From contig DATKYN010000153.1 in assembly GCA_035528435.1 (NCBI GenBank), positions 1 to 55,740 of the forward strand: a stretch of DNA of 55,740 bases. The letters run 5' to 3'. The notes under the pieces were generated by a model. That model was not told the origin of the DNA and did no database searches. It was given only the letters and a program-made list of their open reading frames with translations. A program made the position numbers and the translations under genes. Source of the stretch: Burkholderiales bacterium (GTDB lineage: Bacteria > Pseudomonadota > Gammaproteobacteria > Burkholderiales > Eutrophovitaceae). Below, piece after piece: positions 9,654 to 19,202 of the stretch (position 1 is its first letter; every line of letters starts with the position of its first letter).

Positions 9654-10190
9654 TATCAGTGAAAGCTTAAGGTTTTCTTAATCGCCTCGAATACGCTAAC
9701 GCCGGTAAAGATTCCGGCCCGATCTCAGGCCAGTATGCTGGGTGATCCACGCGATGCCGGTCCCTGCAGAAGCTCTTGGACACGGATGGACGGATGCTCG
9801 GTTCGCGCATCGGGGTGGCATTTCGGCCAAGCCAGGTGCCGCCCAGGCTTGCAATTGCAATCAGAGCCAGTACCGTTCCCCTGCCACCCTGCCACCCTGC
9901 CAATCAACTGTAGAGTCTCCGAAAGCCAGACATCAGGTGGTGTTGTCTAATGGCAGGGCCTCAGCTTTCCGAACTGATGGCCTGCCTCCAGGGTCCTCGG
10001 CAGCTACGAAAAGCTCCACAAACCAGACACTGGCGCCCGGCGCTCGAATAGCTGGATTCGGTTGATTGGTGGTTAAGCAAGCCCGTTCCTGAACGACCGC
10101 GTTCGACGTGGCTACTCACTCAAGCTTCGCCACACTCGCGCGGCGCAACTGCGTTCATAATGACGTCTTCGCAATTATTTCTGTCAGCGT

Positions 10191-10667
10191 ATGAAAATCG
10201 AAAAAAATTCCGCGGTCACAATACGGTTCAGAGTCTCGGAACTGCACGGCAAGCTGCTTGAGGACAGGAAAGAACCGGTAGCCTATCTGCACGGTGGCTA
10301 TGGCAATGTTCTGCCAAAGATCGAAGAAGCGCTGGAAGGGCAAACCGCCGGTTACCGGGTCACGCTTGATCTGCAACCAGGGGATGCGTTTGGCGAACGT
10401 GACGAAAGCCTGGTGCAGACTATTCGCAGGAGCGAGTTCCCGCCCGGCGTGAAAGTGGGCGGCGAGTTGCAGTGGCGGGACGGCGAAGGCCGGGTGCGAA
10501 TGTTCCTGGTCAAGAAGATAAAGGGACAGGAAGTCTTTATCGATGGCAACCACCCGCTTGCCGGCACGGGGTTGCGCTTCGTGGTGACGGTGCTGGATGT
10601 GCGCGCCGCGTCAGGCGAGGAAATCGCGCATGGCCACGTGCATGGAGACGGAGGGCATGATCACTGA
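10191..10667 (+). CDS. slyD: FKBP-type peptidyl-prolyl isomerase, SlyD-like, with a His-rich tail
   Basis: 158-aa ORF. FKBP/IF-domain blocks (VAYLHGGYGNVLPKIEEALEG, GNHPLAGTGLRF). C-terminal HGHVHGDGGHDH. Confidence 0.85.
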   Translation: MKIEKNSAVTIRFRVSELHGKLLEDRKEPVAYLHGGYGNVLPKIEEALEGQTAGYRVTLDLQPGDAFGERDESLVQTIRRSEFPPGVKVGGELQWRDGEGRVRMFLVKKIKGQEVFIDGNHPLAGTGLRFVVTVLDVRAASGEEIAHGHVHGDGGHDH

Positions 10668-10715
10668 CGGGGCGTTGCGGCGATGTGCGAACCGCCGTGC
10701 CGGAATCCTCCCGGA

Positions 10716-13700
10716 TCAATCGGCGGTTGCGAGTCGACGTTCGGCACGGGACATACCAGCGCGGTAAATCAGCGGAATGACGAACAGGGTCATGACCGTT
10801 GCCACCGCCAGGCCCCACATGATGGAAGAAGCCACCGGACCCCAGAGCAGGGACTTGCCGCCAAGCCCGGTCGCCAGCGAGAACAAACCGGCGACGGTGG
10901 TAAACGACGTGATCAGAATCGGGATCACCCGTCTTCTTGCCGCATACACGATGGCGTGCAACACGCTCATCCCGGCGCGCAGGCGCTGGTTGGCCGAATC
11001 GATCAGCACAATCGCGCTGTTAACGGCGATGCCGGTCAGGGCGACCACACCGTACATCGTATAGAGGCTCATTGGATTACCCGTCACCATCAGACCAATG
11101 ACGACACCGGTAAACGCGAGTGGAACGGTGACCAGAATCATCAACGGTTGCAGGTAACTGCGAAACTGCGTGCCGATAATCAGGTAGATCAAACCGATAC
11201 CAAAGATAAACAGCAACAGCATGGCGTCCAGGCTCTCCTGAATATCGTCAAGTGCGCCGGAAAAATCCAGCGTGACATTCGGAAATTCCTGCCGCACTTT
11301 TTCCCACTGCGCGGCCACCATGTCGTTTACCTGCACTTCGTTGAGGCGCTCGCGATCGATGTCGGCTTCAAGCGTGATTGTGCGGCGGAAGTTGTAGTGC
11401 CGGATGCTCTCCTTGCTCGGGCCGGTCTCGATCGTAACCAGTTCGCGAAGCGCTACCTGCCCACCGGTTGGCAGCGGCACCGGTTGATTGAGCAGTTGGT
11501 CGATGCCGCTCATCGTCTCGGGCCGTGCTCGCACCCGCACTTCGACTTTCTCGCCCTTGTCCTGCAGGAAGGTGACGATTTCACCGTCCACGTAGAGCCT
11601 GATGGTTCGCGCAACACTGCCTGGATTCAGCCCGCTTTGCTGGACCGCTTCGTGGTTCAGTCGCATTGTTAGCTGATCCCTGCCGGGGCTGTCGTCATCG
11701 CTGATGTCACTCACGCCTTCGATCGTGGCCAGGTAGGTCGCGAGGGAATCGGTTGCCTCGCGCAGTTCGCCAAAATCGTCGCCACGAATCTTGATGCTGA
11801 CCGCCTTGGTCAACGGCGGTCCGCCCGAAATGCGGGTGAACGTGACCAGCGCGTCGCCATTTCCGGAGGCGACTTCGTCACGCATGTCGGCAATTACCTG
11901 GTCGACGCTGCGCAGCACGCCCTCGCGGGGCTGCAGGCTGACAATGACCTGCGCGTAGCGATTGGCGTATAACGGCTCGGTGTCTGTGTACTTGAGGCCG
12001 GCGACAGTGGTGATTGCCCGGTTCTCCTCGGGCGCGACGTGTTTGCGAACCTTTTGCTCGATACTGGCGGCGCGCGCAAGTGATTCCTCCAGTGCCGTAC
12101 CGGCTGGCATATCGACGTTGACATAAAACAGGCGTATCGGATCGAACGCGAAGAACTGGATCTTTACCAGGCCGGTTCCAACGGCGCCGATTGCCAGTAC
12201 GAATGCACCGAATGCGGCCAGCAAGAACATCCTGGGCCGGCGCATGACATAGAGCAGGGCGCGGGAGTACTTCACTCGCACGCGATGAGTGAAACGCACG
12301 CGGTGTTTGTGCGCCCGGGAAGGTTTGTTGAAGTTGAGTTTCAGGCCCATCACGTGGGCAGGGAGCATCCAGTACGCTTCGATCAGGCTGAACGCGAGTG
12401 CGAGCGTGACCACCGCAGGCACCACCATCATGAACTTGCCGACGATGCCCGGCAGCAGCATCAACGGCAGAAAGGCCGCCATTGTGGTCAGCACCGATGC
12501 CGTGACGGGTGCGAATACTTCCCGGAGTGCTTCCACGCTTGCGGTGATGGCGTTGGCCCCGCGGGTGATGCGGTAGTAGATCGCCTCAACGACCACGACG
12601 GCGTCGTCGACCAGCATGCCCAGCACGATGACGACGCCCAGCAGTATGGACACATTGATGGTCCAGCCTATAGCGTAGATCACCGCAAAGGCACCGGCGA
12701 GCGAGAACGGTATGCCCATGCTGAGCAGTATCGCGATACGGCTGCCAAGAAACGCCCAGGTGGTGATCAGGACCAGAAACAGGCCGAGGGCGGCGTTTCT
12801 TTGCATGATGCCGATCGCTTCCTTCGTTGGCACCGTCTGGTCGTCGACCAGCGCGAGTGCGATACCACTGGCGGCGAGCAACTCGTTTCGTTCGGCGACG
12901 TATTGATTGATCCGCTCGATGAGTTCGATCGTGTTGGTGTAGCCCTTCTTTGTGACCGACAGCATGATGCCGGGGCGTCCGTCCTGGCTGGCAAGCTGGG
13001 ATGGTTTTTCCCGCAGGCGCGACACATCTGCAACGGCTGACAACGGGACGTGTCCGCGGTCGAATCCGGCCGTTACCGGGATTTCGGCGAGCACGCCGGG
13101 GTCGGCGTCTTTGCCGATCATGCGTATCAGCCACTCCTTGTCACCAATTCGTATGCGTCCGCCGAACACGTCGCGAAACCAGTTGGTGACGGCATCGCTT
13201 ACCTGGGTTGCCGTCAGGTTGTGCGCCTCTAGCGCGGCGGGATCGAAGTCGACAACGAGTTCCGGGTCGTGCAGACCGGAGGCCAAAACGTCATCTACAC
13301 CACTGATACGCTCCAGGTCATCGCGAATCTGCCGGGCCGAAGTGCGCAACACTTCATCGTCTGACTGGCCCATTACCAGTACCATGGCTGTCGGAAATCC
13401 GTTTGACGTCGTGATCTCGAGGACCGTCGGATCGTCTACCTCCGGGGGCAGTTCCTGATTGGTCTTGTTCTGGATTTCGCGTCGCAGATCGTTGATGCGC
13501 TTGTCGAACACCTGGGTGCTGATGTCTTCGAAACGAACCAGGATGGTGGAAATGCCTTCTCGGCTGCTGGACGAGACGAAGCGGATGTCGGAAACCTTGC
13601 GGATCGCGTCTTCCAGCGGCTGGGTGACCAGTTTCTCGACATCCTCGGCAGAGGCGCCGCGAAGTGGCGTCGTGACGTTAATCCAGTTGAAATTGATCTC

Positions 13701-13814
13701 CGGATCCTGTTCGCGCGGCATCTGCATATAACCGCCGATGCCCATCACCAGTACAACTGCGAACGTCAGGTTCGCAAAAACGTGATTCGACAGAAAGGAG
13801 CGCAGCAATTGCAT
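10716..13814 (-). CDS. RND efflux transporter, inner-membrane permease (AcrB/AcrD/AcrF family)
   Basis: 1032-aa ORF with the typical 12-TM, two-large-loop layout and RND blocks (GIAVNSAIVLID, ILLSMGIPFSL). Confidence 0.95.
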   Translation of the reverse strand: MQLLRSFLSNHVFANLTFAVVLVMGIGGYMQMPREQDPEINFNWINVTTPLRGASAEDVEKLVTQPLEDAIRKVSDIRFVSSSSREGISTILVRFEDISTQVFDKRINDLRREIQNKTNQELPPEVDDPTVLEITTSNGFPTAMVLVMGQSDDEVLRTSARQIRDDLERISGVDDVLASGLHDPELVVDFDPAALEAHNLTATQVSDAVTNWFRDVFGGRIRIGDKEWLIRMIGKDADPGVLAEIPVTAGFDRGHVPLSAVADVSRLREKPSQLASQDGRPGIMLSVTKKGYTNTIELIERINQYVAERNELLAASGIALALVDDQTVPTKEAIGIMQRNAALGLFLVLITTWAFLGSRIAILLSMGIPFSLAGAFAVIYAIGWTINVSILLGVVIVLGMLVDDAVVVVEAIYYRITRGANAITASVEALREVFAPVTASVLTTMAAFLPLMLLPGIVGKFMMVVPAVVTLALAFSLIEAYWMLPAHVMGLKLNFNKPSRAHKHRVRFTHRVRVKYSRALLYVMRRPRMFLLAAFGAFVLAIGAVGTGLVKIQFFAFDPIRLFYVNVDMPAGTALEESLARAASIEQKVRKHVAPEENRAITTVAGLKYTDTEPLYANRYAQVIVSLQPREGVLRSVDQVIADMRDEVASGNGDALVTFTRISGGPPLTKAVSIKIRGDDFGELREATDSLATYLATIEGVSDISDDDSPGRDQLTMRLNHEAVQQSGLNPGSVARTIRLYVDGEIVTFLQDKGEKVEVRVRARPETMSGIDQLLNQPVPLPTGGQVALRELVTIETGPSKESIRHYNFRRTITLEADIDRERLNEVQVNDMVAAQWEKVRQEFPNVTLDFSGALDDIQESLDAMLLLFIFGIGLIYLIIGTQFRSYLQPLMILVTVPLAFTGVVIGLMVTGNPMSLYTMYGVVALTGIAVNSAIVLIDSANQRLRAGMSVLHAIVYAARRRVIPILITSFTTVAGLFSLATGLGGKSLLWGPVASSIMWGLAVATVMTLFVIPLIYRAGMSRAERRLATAD

Positions 13815-13827
13815 GGCTTTGCGGGCG

Positions 13828-14850
13828 CTACTGAGGGCCGGTCGTCAGAATGGCAGCGCCGTCCTGTAACTGATAGCGGCCCGCGGTGACAATGGCGACG
13901 TCAGGGGCGAGATCGGCTGGCGCAGGGCGGCCTTCCTGGGCCAGTGGCAGGTGCACGAACTTTGCCTTGCTACCTCTCGCGACGAAAACACCCAGCTTGT
14001 CACCACGGCGCAGTACCAGGTCGGGTGGCAGATGCGCCTGTGTCGATTGCCAGACGACACGCCCGGCAGTTCCCGGGAGCGCGCTCTGCTTGACGAAACG
14101 AAATCGTGCTCCCTGATTACGCTCGCGCTGATCGAGTGCAGGCACGATGCGGCGTAGTTTTAACTCAAACGAGCCGGCTGCCGATTCGAAGGTGATGCGT
14201 TTGCTATCCCGCAGTGCCGGGATCAGATCAGGCTGTACTCGCGCGCTGATTTCGATATTGTCGGCATCGAGCACTCGCACCAGTGCAGAGCCGGGCGTGG
14301 CGATCTCTCCAACCTGGCCGATTCGTTCCTTGATGATCGACCGGAACGGTGCCTTGATCAGGCATTTTTGCACATTGCGGCGTGCCGTTGCCATGTCCGC
14401 CTCAGCGGACTTGACCTGAGACGCTGCAGTGCTGAGTTCGTTTTCACGCTGATTCAGCGCCTCGCCGGAGATGAATCCGTCTTCCACCAGACTGCGCGCC
14501 CGATCCATTTGTTGCTCGGCCAACCGGTACGACGATTTCGCCGACTCCAGTGCAGCAGACGCGCGCTCGGCAGCGAGCGCGTAGTCACGCGAGTCCAGCC
14601 GTGCCAGTGTCGCACCCTTGTGTACCACCTCTCCCACTTCGACCGGGATTTCAACAATACGCGCCGTGACTTCTGCGGCGATCCTGCTGTCGTTCAGCGA
14701 GATGACAGTCGCGAATGCCTCGCGCTGGGGATAAACGGCGAGTTCGCCAAAGGCTTGCGTTGTTACCGATACAGCCTGTGCGCCGGCTGTCGTCGGGCCG
14801 AGCAGTGAGAGAATGCTGAGCAGTGGAAGAACGAGAAATACAGTACGCAT
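13828..14850 (-). CDS. RND efflux periplasmic adaptor (membrane fusion protein)
   Basis: 340-aa ORF with a signal peptide and lipoyl/coiled-coil/beta-barrel layout. Lies 13 nt upstream of the RND permease gene. Confidence 0.9.
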   Translation of the reverse strand: MRTVFLVLPLLSILSLLGPTTAGAQAVSVTTQAFGELAVYPQREAFATVISLNDSRIAAEVTARIVEIPVEVGEVVHKGATLARLDSRDYALAAERASAALESAKSSYRLAEQQMDRARSLVEDGFISGEALNQRENELSTAASQVKSAEADMATARRNVQKCLIKAPFRSIIKERIGQVGEIATPGSALVRVLDADNIEISARVQPDLIPALRDSKRITFESAAGSFELKLRRIVPALDQRERNQGARFRFVKQSALPGTAGRVVWQSTQAHLPPDLVLRRGDKLGVFVARGSKAKFVHLPLAQEGRPAPADLAPDVAIVTAGRYQLQDGAAILTTGPQ

Positions 14851-15057
14851 CAGGCTGCTGGGGATTCGTTAGTTGACCGAGGGAAAATGGCTGCAATCCG
14901 GTCCTGGTTCGGTGAAACGATAACCATGCAGGTTTCGCACCATTTCAGCGATCGGGACAGCAGAGTCCATATTAACCAATTATGGGTGGCGTGCGGCCCG
15001 TTCGCGCTGCAGCCGGGGGCGTGATAACGTCCCTCAAACAGACCGCTGACGGTACAA

Positions 15058-15084
15058 CTGGTTCCAGATGGTGACTGGAACCGG
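15058..15084. promoter_or_regulatory. Palindrome CTGGTTCCAG-N7-CTGGAACCGG in the divergent region between the MFP and MlrC-like genes
   Basis: 10-bp arms (one G-T position) at 15058-15067 and 15075-15084, 43 nt upstream of the GTG at 15127. Candidate operator or 5'-UTR hairpin. Confidence 0.3.
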
Positions 15085-15126
15085 GCCGGTTTGAACAGGC
15101 ATCACTTACTGGGGAGAGGGCATCAG

Positions 15127-16623
15127 GTGCGTATTGCGATAGGCGGATTTCAGCACGAAACCAACACGTTTGCGCCGAGCAAGGCGACATTCGCCCGATT
15201 CGAAAAAGGCGAGGGATGGCCACCATTATTACGCGGTGCCGATCTGTTCGACGCCGTGCAGGGCGCGAATATTCCGATCGCCGGCTTTATTCAGGGGATG
15301 CAAGCGACACGCCACACCTTGTTGCCCACCGCCTGGGCTGCGGCCAGCCCCTCGGCGCATGTCACCGAGGATGCCTTCGAGCGTATCGCGACCATGATTG
15401 TCGACGGCATCAAGGCGGCAATGCCGGTGGATGCGGTGTACCTTGATCTACACGGGGCGATGGTGGCGGAGCATGTCGACGATGGTGAAGGTGAATTGCT
15501 GGAGCGCGTTCGCAAAATCGTTGGCGACCGGGTGGCCCTTGTTGCAAGCCTTGATTTACACGCCAACCTCACGCAACGCATGCAACGCAATGCGGACCTG
15601 TTGATCGCCTATCGTACCTACCCGCACGTGGATATGGCCGATACCGGCGAGCGTGTTGCGCAGTTCCTGCAACGTTTGCTCGATGGTGCACAGCGTCCGC
15701 AACTGGCCAGCGTCCGTCTGCCGTTCCTGATTCCGTTGCAGGCCCAATCGACCATGATGGAGCCAAACAGCAGTATCTATTCGAAACTGGCCGGACTCGA
15801 CATGCCGGGCACGGTGCTCTCCTTTACACCCGGGTTTCCGGCGGCGGACTTCGAAGAGTGCGGTCCGGTTGTGTTTGCCTACGCAGACGATGCGGCGGCG
15901 GCCCGTAGCGCTGCCGAGCGCCTGTGGAACATCGTCAACGAAGCCGAGAGCGACTACGACTGTCCGGTGTACGAACCGGGGGACGCAGTACGAAAAGCCA
16001 TGTCCATTGCAGCAACGGCCTCGCGCCCGGTGGTGATTGCCGACACGCAGGACAATCCCGGCGCTGGCGGGGATTCCAACACCACTGGCATGCTGCGCGC
16101 ACTGGTGGAAAATCGCGCCGAGGGTGCTTCCATTGGACTGATGGTTGATCGGGAAGCTGCACTGGCTGCGCATGCCGCGGGTGAGGGCGCCGAAATCGAA
16201 ATTGCGCTCGGCGGTCAGTCTGGTATTCCGGGCGATGCGCCGTTCACGTCGCGTTTTGTCGTCGAGCGTTTGTCGGAAGGCCGGTTCACCTGCACCGGTC
16301 CGTTTTATCGCGGCGTTCATATGCGTATCGGGCCATGTGCCTGCCTGCGTATCGGCGGCGTGCGTGTCGTCGTTGCATCCGACAAACCGCAAATGGCGGA
16401 TCAGCAGATGTATCGATTTATCGGAATCGAGCCAACTACCGAGAATATACTGGTGAACAAGAGTTCTGTGCATTTCCGTGCCGATTTCGCACCCATTGCC
16501 GAACAGATTCTCGTTGCCAAGGCGCCGGGTCCGATGCTGGCCGATCTTGCCGAGTTTCCATGGACCCGGCTGGCGCCGGGCATCCGGGTCATGCCCAACG
16601 GCAAACCGTTCCAGCTTCCTTGA
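15127..16623 (+). CDS. M81-family metallopeptidase, MlrC (microcystinase C)-like
   Basis: N-terminus VRIAIGGFQHETNTFAP is typical of MlrC/DUF1485. The GTG at 15127 follows GGGGAGAGGG and is preferred over the TTG at 15091. Confidence 0.8.
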   Translation: MRIAIGGFQHETNTFAPSKATFARFEKGEGWPPLLRGADLFDAVQGANIPIAGFIQGMQATRHTLLPTAWAAASPSAHVTEDAFERIATMIVDGIKAAMPVDAVYLDLHGAMVAEHVDDGEGELLERVRKIVGDRVALVASLDLHANLTQRMQRNADLLIAYRTYPHVDMADTGERVAQFLQRLLDGAQRPQLASVRLPFLIPLQAQSTMMEPNSSIYSKLAGLDMPGTVLSFTPGFPAADFEECGPVVFAYADDAAAARSAAERLWNIVNEAESDYDCPVYEPGDAVRKAMSIAATASRPVVIADTQDNPGAGGDSNTTGMLRALVENRAEGASIGLMVDREAALAAHAAGEGAEIEIALGGQSGIPGDAPFTSRFVVERLSEGRFTCTGPFYRGVHMRIGPCACLRIGGVRVVVASDKPQMADQQMYRFIGIEPTTENILVNKSSVHFRADFAPIAEQILVAKAPGPMLADLAEFPWTRLAPGIRVMPNGKPFQLP

Positions 16624-16634
16624 AAAGCTGATAC

Positions 16635-17378
16635 ATGCTGGCCGTCGAGAACATCAGCAAATCGTTTGACGATGAAGCGGTGTTGCAACCGGTGTCGCAT
16701 GTGTTCCGGGAAGGCGAAACCACCGCAGTGGTCGGCCCCAGTGGTTGCGGCAAGACCACGCTGCTGCGATTGCTGCTGGGCTTGTTGCAAACTGACACCG
16801 GCGCGGTGAAGTTCGGTACCGAGAAGCTGACGCCGGAAAACGCGACGCGCCTGCGACTGCGCGTCGGATACATCATTCAGCAAGGCGGTTTGTTTCCGCA
16901 TTTGACGGCGCGCGAAAACGTTTCGTTGATGGCGGATTATCTTGGCCAGTCGCGTGAAGTTGTGTCGGCGCGCGTCGATGAGCTTGCGGCTCTGGTCCAT
17001 ATTTCTGCCGATATGCTGTCGCGCTTTCCGAAAAATCTCTCCGGCGGGCAGCGCCAGCGCATCGCGTTGATGCGCGCGCTCATGCTCGATCCGCCAGTGT
17101 TGTTGATGGATGAGCCGCTTGGCGCGCTCGACCCGATGATTCGATTCGATCTGCAGCACGAACTGAAAGCGATCTTTGCCAGGCTGAACAAGACTGTCGT
17201 GCTGGTCACCCATGACATGCATGAAGCGGCATATTTTGCCAGCGAGATACTGTTGATGCGTGGCGGAAGCTTGGTTCAGCGCGGTTCGCTCGACGCATTG
17301 CTGGACTCTCCCGCCGAAGCATTCGTAACGGACTTCATTCGCGCGCAGCGTGCTGATCCGCGCCTGGCGCAGCAATAA
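16635..17378 (+). CDS. ABC transporter ATP-binding protein (osmoprotectant/choline-type, no CBS tail)
   Basis: Walker A GPSGCGKTT, signature LSGGQRQR, Walker B LLMDEP. Confidence 0.9.
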   Translation: MLAVENISKSFDDEAVLQPVSHVFREGETTAVVGPSGCGKTTLLRLLLGLLQTDTGAVKFGTEKLTPENATRLRLRVGYIIQQGGLFPHLTARENVSLMADYLGQSREVVSARVDELAALVHISADMLSRFPKNLSGGQRQRIALMRALMLDPPVLLMDEPLGALDPMIRFDLQHELKAIFARLNKTVVLVTHDMHEAAYFASEILLMRGGSLVQRGSLDALLDSPAEAFVTDFIRAQRADPRLAQQ

Positions 17379-18928
17379 TGCACACTCGGTCACTGCCAGC
17401 ACGGCTCTGTCGGGATTCGCGGCTGGAGGTACCCGGGGCTTGCATCGGTATGGCTGTAGCGGTCCTGGTCTGGGCCGCTGTCTGTGTTGCCGGCCCGGCC
17501 CGCGCGGATGAACTCAAGGTCGGCTCCAAGCGTTTCACCGAGTCCTACATTCTCGGAGAGATCGTCGCGCAAACCGCGGCGCGCGAGGGTGCCGCAGTCG
17601 TGCACCGCCGCGGCATGGGTAACACCGCGATTTTGTTCGAAGCGCTAAAGGCGGGCGGAATTGACGTCTATCCGGATTACACGGGAACGATTGCGCGCCA
17701 GATGTTGCGCACCGACGCGACTGATCTGAAAACACTGAATCGAGGCTTGAGTGAGTTTGGTCTGGGTGTCGCGACGAAGCTGGGATTCAACAACACGTAT
17801 GCGCTTGCACTGCCCGAAGAGACTGCGCAACGCCTCGGGATCACCACCGTCAGCGGGCTTTCCGGCCATCCGGATTTGCGATTCGGCCTTGGGCACGAGT
17901 TCATGGAGCGAAACGATGGCTGGCCGGGCTTGCGCCAACTCTACGGATTGCCACATACGCCCTCCGGACTCGATCATGGTCTGGCCTATGAGGCGATTGC
18001 CGCGGGCCAGATCGACGTGATGGACATTTACGCCACTGATGCCAAGATTTCGCGCTATGCACTGCGCGTGCTGGAAGATGACCTGCGTTACTTTCCGGAA
18101 TACGATGCAGTTCTGGTGTACCGCCTCGATGTGCCGCAACGGTTTCCTCGAGCGTGGCAGGCAGTCACCGGCTTGCGATCGCGTATCGATGCAAAAACCA
18201 TGGTTGCGATGAACGCACGCGCTGAACTGGACGGGGTGGACTTTACCGGGATCGCCGCCGGATTTCTTGGGGGCGCGGCGACAGTGAACGGCGGGGCGAG
18301 CACTTTTCTGGACAAACTGGCCGGCCCTGATTTCTGGCGGTTGACCGGTCAGCACCTGCTGCTTGTTTTTGCGTCGCTCGCGGCGGCTGTGGTCGTCGCT
18401 ATTCCGCTGGGTGTGTGGGCGGCACGCAGCGAGGCGGCGGGTCAGGTGATTCTATCGATCGTCGGATTGATTCAGACCATCCCGGCACTGGCGATGCTCG
18501 TGTTTCTGATCCCCTTGTTGGGCCGTATTGGCATGGTGCCGGCACTGGTCGCGTTGTTTCTGTATTCGCTGCTGCCGGTGGTACGCAATACGCATAGCGG
18601 CCTCACCGACATCGATCCCTCTCTGCGTGAATCGGCGCTGGCGCTCGGGCTTCCGGCCGCTGCCCGGTTGTGGCGCATCGAATTGCCGCTAGCGGCCCGT
18701 TCCATACTGGCCGGCATCAAGACCTCTGCGGTGATTAATGTTGGCACTGCAACAATTGCGGCATTCATCGGTGCCGGTGGTTACGGTGAAAGGTTGGTTA
18801 CCGGTCTTGCACTCAATGACCATGCCCTGTTGCTGGCGGGCGCCATACCTGCTGCAGGGCTTGCTCTCCTGGTGCAATGGGTTTTCGATTTTGCTGACCG
18901 TTGGGTCGTCGCGGACGGCTTGCGCTAG
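17378..18928 (+). CDS. Fused substrate-binding protein and permease of a glycine-betaine/choline-type ABC importer
   Basis: The N-terminal half is an OpuBC/OpuCC-like binding domain (KVGSKRFTESYILGEI, DVYPDYTGT). The C-terminal half is a 5-6 TM permease with an EAA-like loop. The start overlaps the ATPase stop by 1 nt; ATG 17450 is an alternative start. Confidence 0.85.
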   Translation: MHTRSLPARLCRDSRLEVPGACIGMAVAVLVWAAVCVAGPARADELKVGSKRFTESYILGEIVAQTAAREGAAVVHRRGMGNTAILFEALKAGGIDVYPDYTGTIARQMLRTDATDLKTLNRGLSEFGLGVATKLGFNNTYALALPEETAQRLGITTVSGLSGHPDLRFGLGHEFMERNDGWPGLRQLYGLPHTPSGLDHGLAYEAIAAGQIDVMDIYATDAKISRYALRVLEDDLRYFPEYDAVLVYRLDVPQRFPRAWQAVTGLRSRIDAKTMVAMNARAELDGVDFTGIAAGFLGGAATVNGGASTFLDKLAGPDFWRLTGQHLLLVFASLAAAVVVAIPLGVWAARSEAAGQVILSIVGLIQTIPALAMLVFLIPLLGRIGMVPALVALFLYSLLPVVRNTHSGLTDIDPSLRESALALGLPAAARLWRIELPLAARSILAGIKTSAVINVGTATIAAFIGAGGYGERLVTGLALNDHALLLAGAIPAAGLALLVQWVFDFADRWVVADGLR

Positions 18929-19048
18929 GTATAGCAACTCCCCGATCCGGCCCTTGTGGCGGCGTTGCATGTTGCAGTACCGCATGGGCGTCCCGGGCCG
19001 TAGTCTTTTCGGCTATGCGCCGGTCGAGAGGTATCTCGTGTGGCGGGC

Positions 19049-19100
19049 CCAGGTATTACATCAGGTGGTGCTATAACAGGTGGCGCGAACCAGGTGTTAC
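19049..19100 (+). repeat. Nested direct repeats A-B-B'-A' upstream of the small ORF and symporter
   Basis: A = CCAGGTATTAC (19049-19059) and CCAGGTGTTAC (19090-19100). B = CAGGTGGTGC (19062-19071) and CAGGTGGCGC (19077-19086). This gives four CAGGT cores spaced 12-15 nt apart. Confidence 0.6.
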
Positions 19101-19202
19101 GATGCGGTGAGTTCGGTATGATCAAAGCGAACTATGCTCCGTCAATGATCGATGGGCTCGGTTGGTTGGCGAAGTCATCAAGTAATCAGGAGGAGAACAA
19201 TA

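Noticed and set aside
9654-10190. 540-nt ORF-poor region upstream of eptA containing overlapping short ORFs (9667-9903, 9735-9950, 9742-10065) and a small CCTGCCAC x2.75 repeat at 9878-9900. I examined it for IS ends, attachment sites or a pmrAB-type regulator remnant.
   Set aside because: I could find no inverted repeats matching the other flank of the islet, no transposase-like frame and no tRNA. The 8-nt repeat is too short to interpret.
10716-14850. The RND pump lacks an outer-membrane factor and a local regulator; considered as a finding.
   Set aside because: Two-gene MFP-RND operons that borrow a TolC-like channel encoded elsewhere are common, so this needs no special explanation.
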